Of a DNA stretch of 64,000 nucleotides, positions 39,395 through 52,823 are shown in pieces. Each line of letters opens with the position of its first letter. The first letter of the stretch is position 1. Origin of the DNA: Octopus vulgaris (taxonomy: Eukaryota); NCBI GenBank assembly GCA_951406725.2, contig OX597829.1:31124001-31188000 (forward strand). The letters are read 5' to 3'. Position numbers and translations under genes: made by a program. The notes beneath the pieces are model-generated. The model worked only from the letters and a program-made list of their open reading frames with translations. It had not been told where the DNA came from and did not search any database.

Positions 39395-39814
39395 GATTTC
39401 CCTCTAGTTAACTCTCTCATACCATCTCTGGTGAAGGGATATTCCTAATATCCCAACGAGCAGCTGACTGGCTTCCATGCTAGTGGCATGTAAAAATGCC
39501 GGTGGCACATGAAAAGACATTTAAGTGAGGTTGTTGCCAGTGACACGGAACTGGCTCCTGTGCAGGTGGCACGTAAAAAACACCATTTGAGTGAGGCCAT
39601 TGCCAGTACCACCTGACTGGCCCTCATGCTGGTGGCACGTAAAAGCACCCACTACAATCTCAGAGTGGTTGGTGTTAGGAAAGGCATCCAGCTGTAGAAA
39701 CTCTGCCAGATCAGATTGAAGCCTGGTGCAGTCATCTGGTTTGCCAGTCCTCAGTCAAATCATACAACCTGTGCCAGCATGGAAAGTGGACATTAAACAA
39801 TGATGATGATGATG

Positions 39815-39845
<31 letters not shown>

Positions 39846-40081
39846 TATATACATGCATGTATGTATATTAAATGCATTGTAATTGAGCCGAGTGAAATCG
39901 AGTCTATAGAGTGAGGAACCTTTTTAAAAGTCACCTGATATCACACATCTGTACTGAAGGATGCACCATCACAAGTTGTCCAGTATCTCACCTGTAAGAG
40001 ATCTATGCAAGACATAGATGAAATGATTGTTGTGGTCAATAAAGTATCTCATGAATTCCATTTTCTCTTTCCCTTTTTTGT

Positions 40082-40460
40082 TATATATATATATATATAT
40101 ATATTATAATTATGAGTATAATTATAATTAGGGTTCAGCAAAAAAATTTTCTTCACCACATACCAAAAATTTAGAAATAGCAGCCAAATACCTAGTTATT
40201 TCTCTACCATAAGGGAATTTCCCAGATAACAAACACTCAAAAACAAGTTTTTTCTCTTTACCAACAGTATGTGGTGAAGAAAATTTTTTGCTGAACCCTA
40301 ATTATAATTATACACATAATTATAAAAAATTGTTGTTTAAGTTTACTGATAATGGTTCTTTTAACATGCCGAAACTACTTGGTGAAATTATTAATAATCA
40401 ATAATTAATAATTATTAATTAATTAATTAATTTTACCCTTTATTGTTATATATATATAAG
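40082..40460. mobile_element. Fold-back element in (TA)n with degenerate hammerhead-like motif
   Basis: ~60-bp inverted arms 40104-40163 / 40268-40325; ttta-CTGATAA-..-GAAAC-..-tgaa at 40342-40386. Confidence 0.65.
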
Positions 40461-40495
40461 TTCAGCAAAAATTTAGATTCAGATGAATATATTAT

Positions 40496-40537
<42 letters not shown>

Positions 40538-40743
40538 CTTTTATCTTTTACTTGTTTCAGTCATACTGACCAAATTGACCCCATTTCTTATTTTTTAAAG
40601 CTTATTACTTATCCACTGTTATTGGGAAGAAAGCTGGGTGGGAGGGTTTGGTGTTGAAAGACCAGAAACCTGCCAGAGATCCCAGAAACATCACTGGTGA
40701 TGCATCCAAGAACATCCACCAGAAGAATCTTAAAACAAACTAA

Positions 40744-40777
<34 letters not shown>

Positions 40778-41479
40778 ATATCATCATCATCATCATCATC
40801 ATCGTTTAACGTCCGTTTTCCGCGCTAGCACGGGTTGGACGGTTTCGACCGGGGTCTGGGGAGCTAGGGACTGTCCCAGGCTCCAGTCTAGTCTGGCAGT
40901 GTTTCTACAGCCCTTCCTAACACCAACCACTCTGCGAGTGTAGTGGGTGTTTTTTACGTGCCACCTGCACAGGTGCCAGAGGGGTCTGGCATCGGCCACG
41001 TTCAGATGGTGCTTTTTTTTTTGTGGGGGGGGGGCAGAAATATAGGGAAGCACCAGTGGGGATGGGTGGTTCAGAGAAATGATGACAGGTTCTAGGCAAG
41101 TAGACCGTAGGATATCAAGAGAGGGGTAATGCATGGTGAAATAGCGTATTGAAGAGGGGTTCGAAGAGTAGACACCTATAATGGTGGTGGGAGAAGCGAC
41201 ATCCGGTATAGATGGAGTAAAAATATAGAGATATCCGGTATTGGTGGTGGGGGTGGGCAGGGCGGGTGCACCGCGAATACACGATGGTTGATTATGAGAA
41301 GAGAAATGGATAAATTAGTTAAAATAATTAGATAGATAGAGAAATTAGATAAAAATATTTAGATAGATAAGAAAGCATGTATGATCGATCGAGAAGTGAA
41401 AATAAATAAGCATTCAAACTTATCTGCGCTCGGGTGCTAGATGAATGAATGAGAGAGCAAATGTATGGGGCTGCCTTTT

Positions 41480-41575
41480 TTAAGTAAAATTGTCCGGAAG
41501 AGGAATTTTTGGACAAGGCGGAAGTGTATTAAAGGAACAGGCTTCAAGATGGCGAATACACGATGGTTGATTATG
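41480..41575 (+). promoter_or_regulatory. Promoter/start-codon-like motif cluster
   Basis: ETS-type CCGGAAG and GCGGAAGTG followed by YY1/Kozak-like CAAGATGGCG (ATG at 41549); local CpG excess. Confidence 0.45.
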
Positions 41576-41593
41576 AGAAGAGAAATGGATATA

Positions 41594-41626
<33 letters not shown>

Positions 41627-42374
41627 GTATGCATGTATATGCATGTATACATTCGTATAAGATATATTACATATTACTATATATCATGTGTGTGTGTGTG
41701 TTGTCTGCTCCATACCAAATTCTAAACAGTAAATCTGTTCCTAGTACAATCCAGTTTCTATTTCTTTGACGAAATGTTATTTCTTTGAATTAGATTTTAT
41801 TCCCTTCTTTTTAACCTCTTGAATCCAGCTCTTTCCTGTACAAATTCTTCACAAATAACATTTAATAAACTCACTTTAACAAGACCATTCTTCAATTGTC
41901 AAATCTAAAATGACTTCCTCAGATTATAAACTCAACTATTCCTGTTTAGAAAGAAAATATATTTAAATTTCTTTAAAGACTAATTGATTTATTTGATGAA
42001 AAAGCCAATATATCTGCATTTTTTGTAAACCACAAAATTGATTTTAACATAAAAATATTTATGAAATCCATCTCTATTGAACAGAAAACTAACTCTAAAC
42101 TCAAACCTAACCACACACAAGAACATTTTTCATTTTTTTTTCTTTCTTTTGCAACAATTTTTTTTTCCTTTAAAGAACTCTTTTTTTCTGTTTTACTGAT
42201 TATCCATTATATTTCCTTTTTTTTTTTTCTTCTTCTTCTGATACACATCATAACCTACAGACACAAAGTCTCCTAAATGTATTTGCAAGCCTGTCATCCT
42301 CACTTACTCGGTACTTGTGCTATTTGAGCATGAAACAAATATAGTGTCATCTGAAAGATAAACTGAGACATACT

Positions 42375-42795
42375 CTTTTATACTTTTACTTGTTTCAGTC
42401 ATTTGACTGTGGCCATGTTGGAACACCGTCTTTAGTCGAGCAAATCTACCCAGAATTTATTCTTTGTAAGCCTAGTACTTATTCTATCACTCTCTTTTGT
42501 TGAACCGCTAAGTTATGGGGACATAAACACACCAGCATCGGTTGTCAAGCGATGTTGTGGGGACAAACACAGACACACAAACATATACACACACACATAC
42601 TCACATATATATATATGTATATAAATATATACAACGGGCTTCTTTCAGTTTCCGTCTACCAATTCTACTCACAAGGTTTTGGTTGGCCCGAGGCTATAGT
42701 AGAAGACACTGGCCCAAGGTGCCACGCAGTGGGACTGAACCCAGAACCGTGTGGTTCATAAGCAAGCAACTTACCACACAGCCACTCCTGTGCCT
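42375..42795 (-). mobile_element. Major CORE-type SINE, full length
   Basis: Reverse complement of the 8021-8411 family. Confidence 0.9.
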
Positions 42796-44709
42796 ATATA
42801 CTAGATAACACAGTGCTTTGTAAATGAGCATCATCGTCATCATCATCATTATACAAATAAAGTGTTTCTGTGGAAAACATTTCAAGCCATAGGAAGATAT
42901 TATATTGCTTCAAAACAGGTGAGAGTTTGTAATAGGAAGGGCATCAAGTCACAGGAAATCTGCTTCAACAAACTCTGTCTGATCTAAGAGTAGAGAAGTA
43001 GGTGTTAAAGCAATGATGATAACATGTCCAGTAAGTTCACCATCATCAATTCTCCGGTTTTTTTTTACAGTAAAATAGTTTTAAACTATTAATGGTGAGA
43101 TTCCAAAGTACCTTGGATCGCAGGACAGCCTGCTGTGCTTACCTTGGATCGTAGGGTGACCTGCTGTGCTTGAGGGGACCTATTGAGTCAAATACATCAA
43201 CATCAAAAATCAAATGGAAATTGTAGTTGTAATACCTGTGTTGGTGACACATAAAAGCACCATCCGAATGTAGCCGATGCCAGTGCCGCCTTGACTGGCT
43301 TCCATGCCGGTGGTATGTAAAAAGCACCAACCGATCGTGGCTGTTGCCAGCCTCCCCTGGCACCTGTGCCAGTGGCACGTAAAAAGCACCCACTATACTC
43401 ATGGAGTGGTTGGCGTTAGGAAGGGCATCCAGCTGTAGAAACACTGCCAGATCAGACTAGAGCCTGGTGCAGCCTCCTGGCTTCCCAGACCCCAGTCGAA
43501 CCATCCAACCCATCCTAGTATGGAAAACGGACGTTAAAAGATGATGATGGTGATACTATGGGTATATTTCCTCAGCAAATTTTCCTCATGGTGAACTTTC
43601 TGCACAGTGAATTGATGACAGTGAACTTTCCCTGCAGTGAATTAATGATTGTGAACTTACCTGTAATCGATGATAATAAGGATAATGATGATAATGATGT
43701 CATCATCATTCAACGTCCATTTTCCATGCTGGCATGGGTTTGGACAGTTTAGATAGTTTGATATAGCCACAAGGTTGTATCGTAGTTCATGTTGTCTCTG
43801 GCACAGCTTTTATGATTGGATGCCTTTCTAATTGCCATCCACTTTACAATGAGTAGTAACCACCTGCACTTGAGGTAAGAAAGGAAAGAACAAGAAAAGG
43901 AAAAGGAAAAAAAGGGAAATGTGACATTGAGTTGGTGGAGTGAGGTATTTGAAATGATGGAGAGGAGATCTTATACCAAGGACAAGAAGGGATACCTTAC
44001 AATGGGGAAGGTACATGGCTACCCTACATTTCTGTAAGGGTGGGTGGGAGTATCTGAGGGAAAACGTAAGATGGTAGTGATGGGTTGCCAGAGTAAAACC
44101 CTCAGGAAATAAGATATGGTACCAGCAGTGGATCAGAAGGAAAATGTAGGGAGTGATGAACATGAGTAGAGGTGTGACTTGATGGGAAATATCAGTATGG
44201 GCAGAGGTGAGTAAGAAGAGAGAGATAGGAGTGTCTCATGTATGATAGTTACAGAAGAAGGAGATTGTGAGTAGCAATGGGAAGCAAGATGTAGAGGTAT
44301 GTTAAGGGTAACTTTAGCAAGTGGGCATTGTGACAGACAAAAGAGGGCACTAGAAAGGATAGCAGATATGCAAGGGGATTAGATGAAGTATGATAGAAGG
44401 GAGGAGAAGGATAGCCCATGGGAAGGTGTGATAATGAGAATGAGGAATGGAAATGAGAGGAAAGAAAGAAGGATTTGGTAGCCCAAAGAATTAAGGGATG
44501 TAACAGGCATCAAGGAGGAGTAGCAGGAAATGCTTGACAAGGCAGTATGAGTGTGGGGACAGCACCTAGCATGTGGGATGGGAGAGAAGAGGAATGAGTT
44601 GGGAGATGAGATGTGAGGACTGTTTAATAAGATAGTGTGAGTGTAGGGGCAGCACCCAGTATGTACAAACATAGGCAAAATGTTTTTAGGAACAGATATT
44701 TGCTGTTCT

Positions 44710-45145
44710 TTTATTCTTTTTTATTTTACTTGTTTCAATTATTTGACTGTGGCCATGCTGAAGCACTTCCTTAAAGGGTTTTGGTCAAAGAAATCAAACC
44801 CAGAACTTATTCTTTGTAAGATTAGTAATTATTCTATTGGTCTCTTTTGCCAAACCATTAAGTTATGGGATCGTAAACATACTAGTATCAGTTGTCAAGC
44901 TATGGCAGGGAGACAAACACAGTAATACACTCATAGATATATAGATACACACATACATACATACATGCATACACACACACACACACACACACAACTGGCT
45001 TCTTTCAGTTTTCATCTACCAAATCCACTCACAAGGGTTTGGTCAGCTTGAGGCTTTAGAGAAGACACTTGCTCAAGGTATCACTGAACCCAGATCCATG
45101 TGGTTGGGAAGAAAGCTTCTTACTACACAGCCATGCCTGCCCCTA
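44710..45145 (-). mobile_element. Major CORE-type SINE, diverged
   Basis: Reverse complement similarity. Confidence 0.8.
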
Positions 45146-47634
45146 TATGAATATTTCTTATAGAAACCATTGGTAATAACATTGCTACAATTCTTATAGC
45201 AATGGGTAAAAGGTCTTTTTTTTTGTTAGGTTTTTTCTCTTTGTTAATTTTTTATTCGGTGTTAACATTAACTTTCATTCTCACATTGTGTCACTAAAAT
45301 AAATGTACCAGTCATGTACTGGAGCCTCACATATTCAACCGTATTCTTGTATACATACATACACTAATGTTTGATGAATAGTTTTTCACATAAGCTGTTG
45401 CTTCTGAGTTTGTTGTATATAAGGATCATATATAAATCTGTTATGTGTGCGTGAGTATATTCCTAAGCGTATGCATGGTATGTACATGTACACATATGCA
45501 TGAATATATATATATACGTGAGTACTATAATCTTATGTGTGGTATGTATGTTGGTAATAGACAAATAATTTTTTAAAATATGTTTGACTTTATCATTTAT
45601 TTTAAAGAGAGAGCAAACAAGAAAGGAAGAGAGAGAGAAAGAGAGATGGAGAAACAGAAGCGGAGAGAAACGGAGACAGAGAGAGAAAGAGTGGAGAGAG
45701 AGAAGAGAAACGGGAGAGGGGAGGGAGAGAGAAGACCGAGTGGGGAAAGGGGAGACAGAGAGAGAGAGAGCCGTTATACCACATAAAACAATAATGAGGT
45801 GAACTTTGAAAGTAAAACCAAACTACTTACTAAAGACATTTTGATAACCATTATAAAAACAAAATTATTTTAGATTTTCAGTACATATTGCCTTTTACTA
45901 TTAGCATATTGTTATTTTCACAAGTTAGAAAAAAGGAGAGGAAAAAAAGAAAAATGATTGTCTGTCTATATAGCCAGGCATATTTATTTGACATATAAAA
46001 GGTCATTGACTTGTTACCAAAAGGAAGCTGCATTATCACAGAAACTGAATTACATTGAAAGTGGGTCAAAACCTGCCAGATAAGTAGGGTTTTCATTGCT
46101 TCAGGAATGTTAAATAGCCAAGAGATGCAGTTGCAATTGGAAATTTTGGTAATAAACCAATTTGAGGGATGCTTATCAGGCAGATTTTTTATTTTTTCAT
46201 TCTTTTTTCACTTGTTTATTTTTCATTTATGATGATGATGATGATGATGATGATCATCATCATCATCATCATCATCATCCACCACCACCACCACCACCAT
46301 CATCACCATTGCTTTATTTTGTTTGCAGTAACAAGGTAGTGGGGAAAAAAAATTAGTGAACCAAAAACCTGGTTTTTACTAACCAAGACATTTTCATGTG
46401 AAAAAGAAAAGAAAAAAAAGGAAAAAAAATTAGGAATCATATCCAAATTGGATAGCCATTTCCAAAAGAGGAAGAAACTTCATACTTGATGCTTCATTAC
46501 CAGACAATGCTCATATTCATTAAATGATGGCAAGCAATCAATCAATCCCCGGGAGTCTTATTTTCAGTCGCAAGAATAAATTCTTTGTTTCTTTGAGAGA
46601 CACAGAAAGACATTATCAACTGTTAGAACTGATATTTCAATTAATAGGTATTTCCTTTCTGGGTGGTCCTTGACAACAATGTCTGGTTGATTAGTTTTGA
46701 TCTCCCTGTTTCTGTGTTTTGGCATATCCCAGAGGATGATCACTTTCTTATTCTCTAAGACCTATTCTGGTGCATAATTATCATTGTTGCCCACTTTCCC
46801 ATGCTTGTGTGGGTCAGGCGGAGTTTTATTGAAGCAGATTTTTCTATGGCTGGATGCCCTTCCAGTCACAAACCTTCACCAGTTTCCAAGTGAAATAAAA
46901 TTTTCCCATGACCAGACATGTTTTCAGAGAATACTAGAAATGGATGACATTGCTTGTATGACAGTAGCACTCATTTACAACCGTTATGTGACGCCAAGAA
47001 AAGGAGACACAAATATTCACCAACTCTCTCTCTGTCTCTCTCACACACACACACACACACACATATATAAATATATATATATATGATGGGTTTCTTTCAG
47101 TTTCCATCTACCAAATTCAACTCACAAAGCTTTGGTTAGCCTTGTGCTGTAGTAGAAGACACTTGCTCAAGGCACTACACTGGGGGACTGAACATGAAAC
47201 CATGTGGTTGGGAAACAAACTGCTAAACCACACAGCCATGCTTATGCCAATACCATTTCTTTTCTGTTGATATATCAATTGCTAATGGAAAGACTTTCAA
47301 TGTATAAAATTCCTAACCCTATTATGTCAGTAGATATATTCTTCCACATACATGATAGTCTGGACTGCCAGAAACAACGTGGTTAATCATTTCTTCTCCA
47401 TTTCCATGTATTCTTCATTTACTGTTTGTAATCTGGCAAAGTAGCTAGTTAGAAAATCTCTATAAGGGATGAGGTTAGTAATTATACTGTGAAGTAATGT
47501 TTGTCTCCACTTCAACAGACTCACTAGAAGGTGGTAGAGTTAACTCCCCTGCTTGCAATATATGTGGGGTGCAGATTGCATCAATAACCAGTTAGAGCAA
47601 GCTTCCTCTTGGGGTTGAAAATGATAGCAACTTC

Positions 47635-48425
47635 ATCATCATCATCATCATCGTTTGATGTCCGCTTTCCATGCTAGCATGAGTTGGATGATTTGACTGA
47701 GGACTGGTGAACCAGATGGCTGCACCAGGCTCCAATCTGATCTGGCAGAGTTTCTTCAGCTGGATGCCCTTCTTAACGCCAAGCACTCCGAGAATATAGT
47801 AGGAGCTTTTTATGTGCCACCGGCATGAGGGCCAGTTAGGCGGTACTGGCAATAGCCATGCTCAAATGGTGTTTCTTATGTGCCACCTGCACAGGAGCAA
47901 GTCCACTCAAATGTTTTTTCACGTGCCACCAGCACAAGTGCCAGTAAGGCAATGCTGGTAACGATCACGCTCAAATGGTGCTTTTTACATGCCACCAGCA
48001 TGGAAGCCAGTTAGCTGCCTTGGCAACGATCATGCTCAGATGGTGCCTTAGTGCACCACTAGCACGGATGCCAGTCATCGAATTTGATTTTGATTTCGAT
48101 TTCACTTGCCTCAACAGGTCTTCGCAAGCAGAGTTTAGTGTCCAATGAAGGAGAGGTATGCGTAAGAGGGCTGGTTACATCCCTGGCATAGGCCACAAGG
48201 TTATGGTCTCACTTGGCTTGCTGAGTCTTCTCAAGCACAGCATATTTCCAAAGGTCTCGGTCACTAGTCATTGCCTCAGTGAGGCCTAATATTTGATGGT
48301 CATGCTTCACCACTTCATCCCAAGTCTTCCTGGGTCTTCCATAGGTTCCCAAGTCTTCCAAGTCTTCCACAGGTTCCCTCAATCTCTAGGGTGTGGCACA
48401 TTTTCACACGGCTATCCTCATCCAG
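47635..48425 (-). mobile_element. RTE LINE 3' end: ORF C-terminus + tandem-repeat 3' UTR + (GAT)n tail
   Basis: GRPRKTWDEVVKHDHQILGLTEAMTSDRDLWKYAVLEKTQQAK* continuous with the gtggcac..aaaagcacc repeat units and tail. Confidence 0.85.
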
Positions 48426-48978
48426 CTTCACCTACAAAACAGCCATGCTGGAGTGATGACTAACATTACTTTGTAATTTGTTGCATTACGTACTTTTGAT
48501 GGTCTTTGATGGGTATCATCCTGTACATTTATCAAGAATTTTTCACTCTTATCTTTGAGACCTGTACTTTTTAGCCAATGATGCAAAATTTCTTTGTCCA
48601 TTTCCCTATTTCTACTCTGTTCAGTTTTTCAGGTATTGACTATTTAGCGACTTCCTTGTCAGTGTTTTATCATGGTATTCTGAAGTGTTATTTTTAGTTC
48701 ACGTTCAGCTTTTTCACAAAATATGTTACCATTTATTCTTCAAGTCATATTGCCCACTAATTGTTAGTTGTCTTTGTGGCAGCAATGATCTCAATAGCAG
48801 TAATATCTGACCAAGGTAGACTTTGCCTTTCATCATGTACTGGTCAGTACTCATCATGTATTGGTCATAGACCCCCCGTCTTTCCAACTGTCTTTAGAGT
48901 ACCTAATTCGTGGAATTCTCTCTACCATCGGATTACATTACTTTATTCATTTGGAGCTTGCCATTTCTGCACCTTGAT

Positions 48979-49024
<46 letters not shown>

Positions 49025-49029
49025 TATTT

Positions 49030-49250
49030 CATATATATATTTCGTTTTTGTAGTTGGTTTGCAAGATTCTTTATGTGAATTTGTGTGTTGAAGCATATTT
49101 TGTTGTGTCTGGAGAGAGTCATTCTGTTTTAATACCTTATTAATGAACACACTCACCAGTTCAATTTCCAATCATTTACTTATTTATTTTTTCTAAAATT
49201 TTCATTGCTTCTTGCAACCTCTTCAATAGTCGTTGACTCTGTTCATTATA
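49030..49250 (-). mobile_element. Penelope-like fragment in (TA)n with hammerhead variant (U3-G8)
   Basis: Homologous to 19060-19275; minus cta-TTGAAGA-g-gttgc-aagaa-gcaat-GAAAA-TTT-tag at 49193-49229. Confidence 0.7.
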
Positions 49251-49959
49251 TATGATTTCTTTTTATATATAATTTCTTTTCAAGACCTTTCACTCTTAGG
49301 ATTACTTTGTCTAATGTAAAGCTTTGCTTTTGAAAATAGTAGCATGTGTGATATATATATACATATACACACATATATGTGTGTGTATGTATCTATGTAT
49401 AATATACACTATATACATAGATATAACTGTTTGGTAAGAAGTTTGCTTTCAACCTCATGGTTCTGAGTTCAGTTCCACCGCATGGCAACTTAGGCATGTG
49501 TCTTCTGCAATAGCCTCAGGTTGAGCAAAGCCTTGTGAGTGGATGAGGTAAATGGAAACTGAAAGAACCCATCATAGATAGATAGATTGATGGATAGATC
49601 GATCGATAGATAGATAGATAGACAGAGAAAGAGAGAGAAAGCGTGGGGAGAGATGGACTGACAAACAGACAGATAGGTGTGTGTGTGTGTTTGTGTGTGT
49701 GTGCGTGTGTGTATCTTTGTATTTGTGCCTGTTCCTCCCCATAACTTGACAACTGATGCTGGGTTGTTTATATCCCTATAACTTAGCAGTTTGGCAAAAA
49801 TGATTAATAGAATAAGTACCTGGCTTTAAAAAATTAAATTGATCCTGAGATTGATTTGTTCGACTAAAACACTTCAAGGGACTGCCCCAGTATGGTAGCA
49901 ATCCTACTGGCTGAAACAAGTAAAAGACAGAGAATAAAAGATACATAAGATATATACAT

Positions 49960-50111
49960 AGGTACAAGAATGGCTGTGTGGTAAGTAGCTTGCTTTCCAA
50001 CCACGTAGTTCCAGGTTCAGTCCCACTGCGTGGCACTTTCGGCACTGTTGCCTCAGGCTGACCAAAGCCTTGTGAGTGGATTTGGTAGAGGGAAACTGAA
50101 AGAAGCCTGTC

Positions 50112-50178
<67 letters not shown>

Positions 50179-50278
50179 TATGTATATCCAACCTGTGGTA
50201 GCACGGAAAACAGACGTTAAACGATGATGATGATGATGATGATGATGATATGTGTGTGTGTGTGTATGTGTATATGTG

Positions 50279-50323
<45 letters not shown>

Positions 50324-50550
50324 GTATGTGTGTGTATATGTTTATGAGTTTGTGTTTGTCCCCCACTGCCAACATCGCTTGACAACTGATGGTGGTATGT
50401 TTACGTACCCGTAACAAAGCGGTTCGGCAAAAGGGACTGATAGAGTAAGTACTAGGCTTACAAAGAATAAGTCCTGGGGTCGATTTGCTTGACTAAAGGT
50501 GGTGCTCCAGTATGGCCACAGTCAAATGACTGAAACGAATAAGAGAATAG
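49960..50550 (+). mobile_element. Major SINE with an RTE tail fragment nested in its microsatellite
   Basis: SINE halves 49960-50112 and 50340-50550; insert ccaacctgtggtagcacggaaaacagacgttaaac(gat)n at ~50187-50249. Confidence 0.85.
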
Positions 50551-50849
50551 ATTATATACATACAGAAGACATGCTGGGGGTGATTTTTGGTTGCTGTTTC
50601 TAGTCAGTTAAGTGACAAGGACATGAAAGTTCCATTGGTCCATTCTGGAATAGCATTATGTAATTCAATTGTGGGAGTTGTTATTTGCTTGCATATTGAT
50701 ATTGATAGCAGTAAGGGAAGCAGTATAGATGTTAAGTAACTATTGATCGATTGATTGATTGATTGATTGATTATATAATACTCTTGATCCTATTGTTTGC
50801 TTCCATGGTTCTTTCCTTTCCCTCTAACAGAGACATATTTTTCAACTAC

Positions 50850-51005
50850 AACACACACACACACACACACACGCACACACACACACACGCACACACACAC
50901 ACACACACACACACGCATGCACACACGCATGCATGCATACATACATACATACGTACATACATACATACTTACATACATACATACATGCATTCATACATAC
51001 ATACA

Positions 51006-51037
<32 letters not shown>

Positions 51038-51189
51038 CATACATGCATTCATACATACATACATACATTCATACATACATACATACATACATTCATACAT
51101 ACATACATACATACATACATACATACATACATTCATACATACATACATACATACATACATACGTGTCTGTGTGTATTCTGTACATACAA

Positions 51190-51230
<41 letters not shown>

Positions 51231-51295
51231 TTTATATATAAACATATGTATTTGTTTACCTCTCTCTCTCTCTCCCTCTCTCCCTTCTTCACTCA

Positions 51296-51341
<46 letters not shown>

Positions 51342-51345
51342 ACAT
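50850..51345. repeat. Compound CA/CATA/GT microsatellites
   Basis: Direct reading. Confidence 0.95.
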
Positions 51346-52389
51346 ATGTGTATATGGAGGGCACATGGCCTAGTGGTTATGGGTGTTACTCACACGATGA
51401 TTAGATTGTGGTTTTGATTTCCAGTATGTTGCAGTCTTGAACAAAAAGCACTTCATTTCATGTTGCTCTGCAACCACTTTGACGCCTGACATGTGGCACA
51501 CTGATCACCTGTATAGGTAATGTTGGTTTGATGTGTTGGGGTGGGTGGGAGGAGAGCTGATATACAACACAAACGTTTGACCTCTATAAACAAATCATCT
51601 GTGCAGGTAGTTTAGCAAGAAACTATAGAATCCTATTCTGTTGTCTATGACAGGGTAGTCCACAATATGTGTGTGTGTGTGTGTGCATGCACATGTGTGT
51701 GTGTGTGTATGTGCATGTGTATACATGTGTGTGTGTGCATACATACACATGCATACTCTCAATCACACATAATTGTATACAAACATGAACAGACAGACAG
51801 ACAGAAAGACAGATGCATATATGTATGTATGTATGTATACAATGGGCTTCTTCCAGTTTCCATCTGCCGTAACACTCACAAGACTCATTAGTCTGGGGGG
51901 CTATTGTAGAAGACACATGCCCAAGGTATCACACAGTGGGACTGAGCTCTCAACCATGTAGATGGGAAACAAGCATCTTACCTGCACAGCCAAGACTATG
52001 TCTATAAAAAAATAAATATGTATGGTGTTATGAAGGGCATCCGGCCGTAGAAACACTGCCAGATCTGACTAGGCCTGATGAAGCCTTCTGGCTTCACAGA
52101 CCCCAGGTGAACCGTCCAACCCATGCTAGCATGGAAAACGGACGCTAAACGATGATGATGATGATGATGATGTATGTATGTCATTATTCAGTTTTATATT
52201 AAGATTTCTTGCCAATAGAGAAAGAGCCAGTTTCTAACCTAGATCCAAGGCTCCAACATTGGAATTTCAACAACTATAACAAAGTATTTTTGTATGTATA
52301 TGTGTATACGTGCACATTTGTATGTTTTGTTTTATGTATGTTTTTTCATTGAAAATATACTTGCATATCTAGACATATTCATACATACT

Positions 52390-52483
52390 TATGTATGTCT
52401 GTATGTATGTACGTACGTACGTACGTATGTATGTATGTATGTATGTATGTATGTGTGTGTATGTATGTATGTATGTATGTATG

Positions 52484-52514
<31 letters not shown>

Positions 52515-52665
52515 TGTATACATGTATGTATGTATGTATGTATGTATGTATGTATGTGTGTGTATGTATGTATGTATGTATGTATGTATGTACGTATGTA
52601 TGCAAGTATGTATGTATGTATGTATGTATGTATGCATGCATGTATATAGATGGATGGATGGATGA
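52390..52665. repeat. (TATG)n microsatellite
   Basis: Direct reading. Confidence 0.95.
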
Positions 52666-52744
52666 ATGATATGCATATAAATATATACATATTTAAAATT
52701 AGATAAATGACAAGGGAATACGAAATTGTGCCATGGACTTCATT

Positions 52745-52823
52745 AGTTTACAGCTGTTTCTGCTATAAGAGCAATGCATCATAATTGAGTGCTCATGTAT
52801 CACCCTAAAGCTTCATCAGAGCT
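52745..52823 (-). ncRNA. Type-I hammerhead ribozyme with extended stem II
   Basis: agct-CTGATGA-a-gct..gagca..tgctc..agc-a-GAAAC-agct-GTA-aact; palindromic ACAGCTGT; one stem-I mismatch. Confidence 0.7.

Noticed and set aside
47800-48070. Regularly spaced repeats resembling a CRISPR array
   Set aside because: Spacers are homologous to one another; it is a tandem array in a LINE 3' UTR in eukaryotic DNA
52222-52270. Minus-strand hairpin followed by GAAAC, possible old hammerhead
   Set aside because: 5' core reads CCAATGT; too degenerate to support
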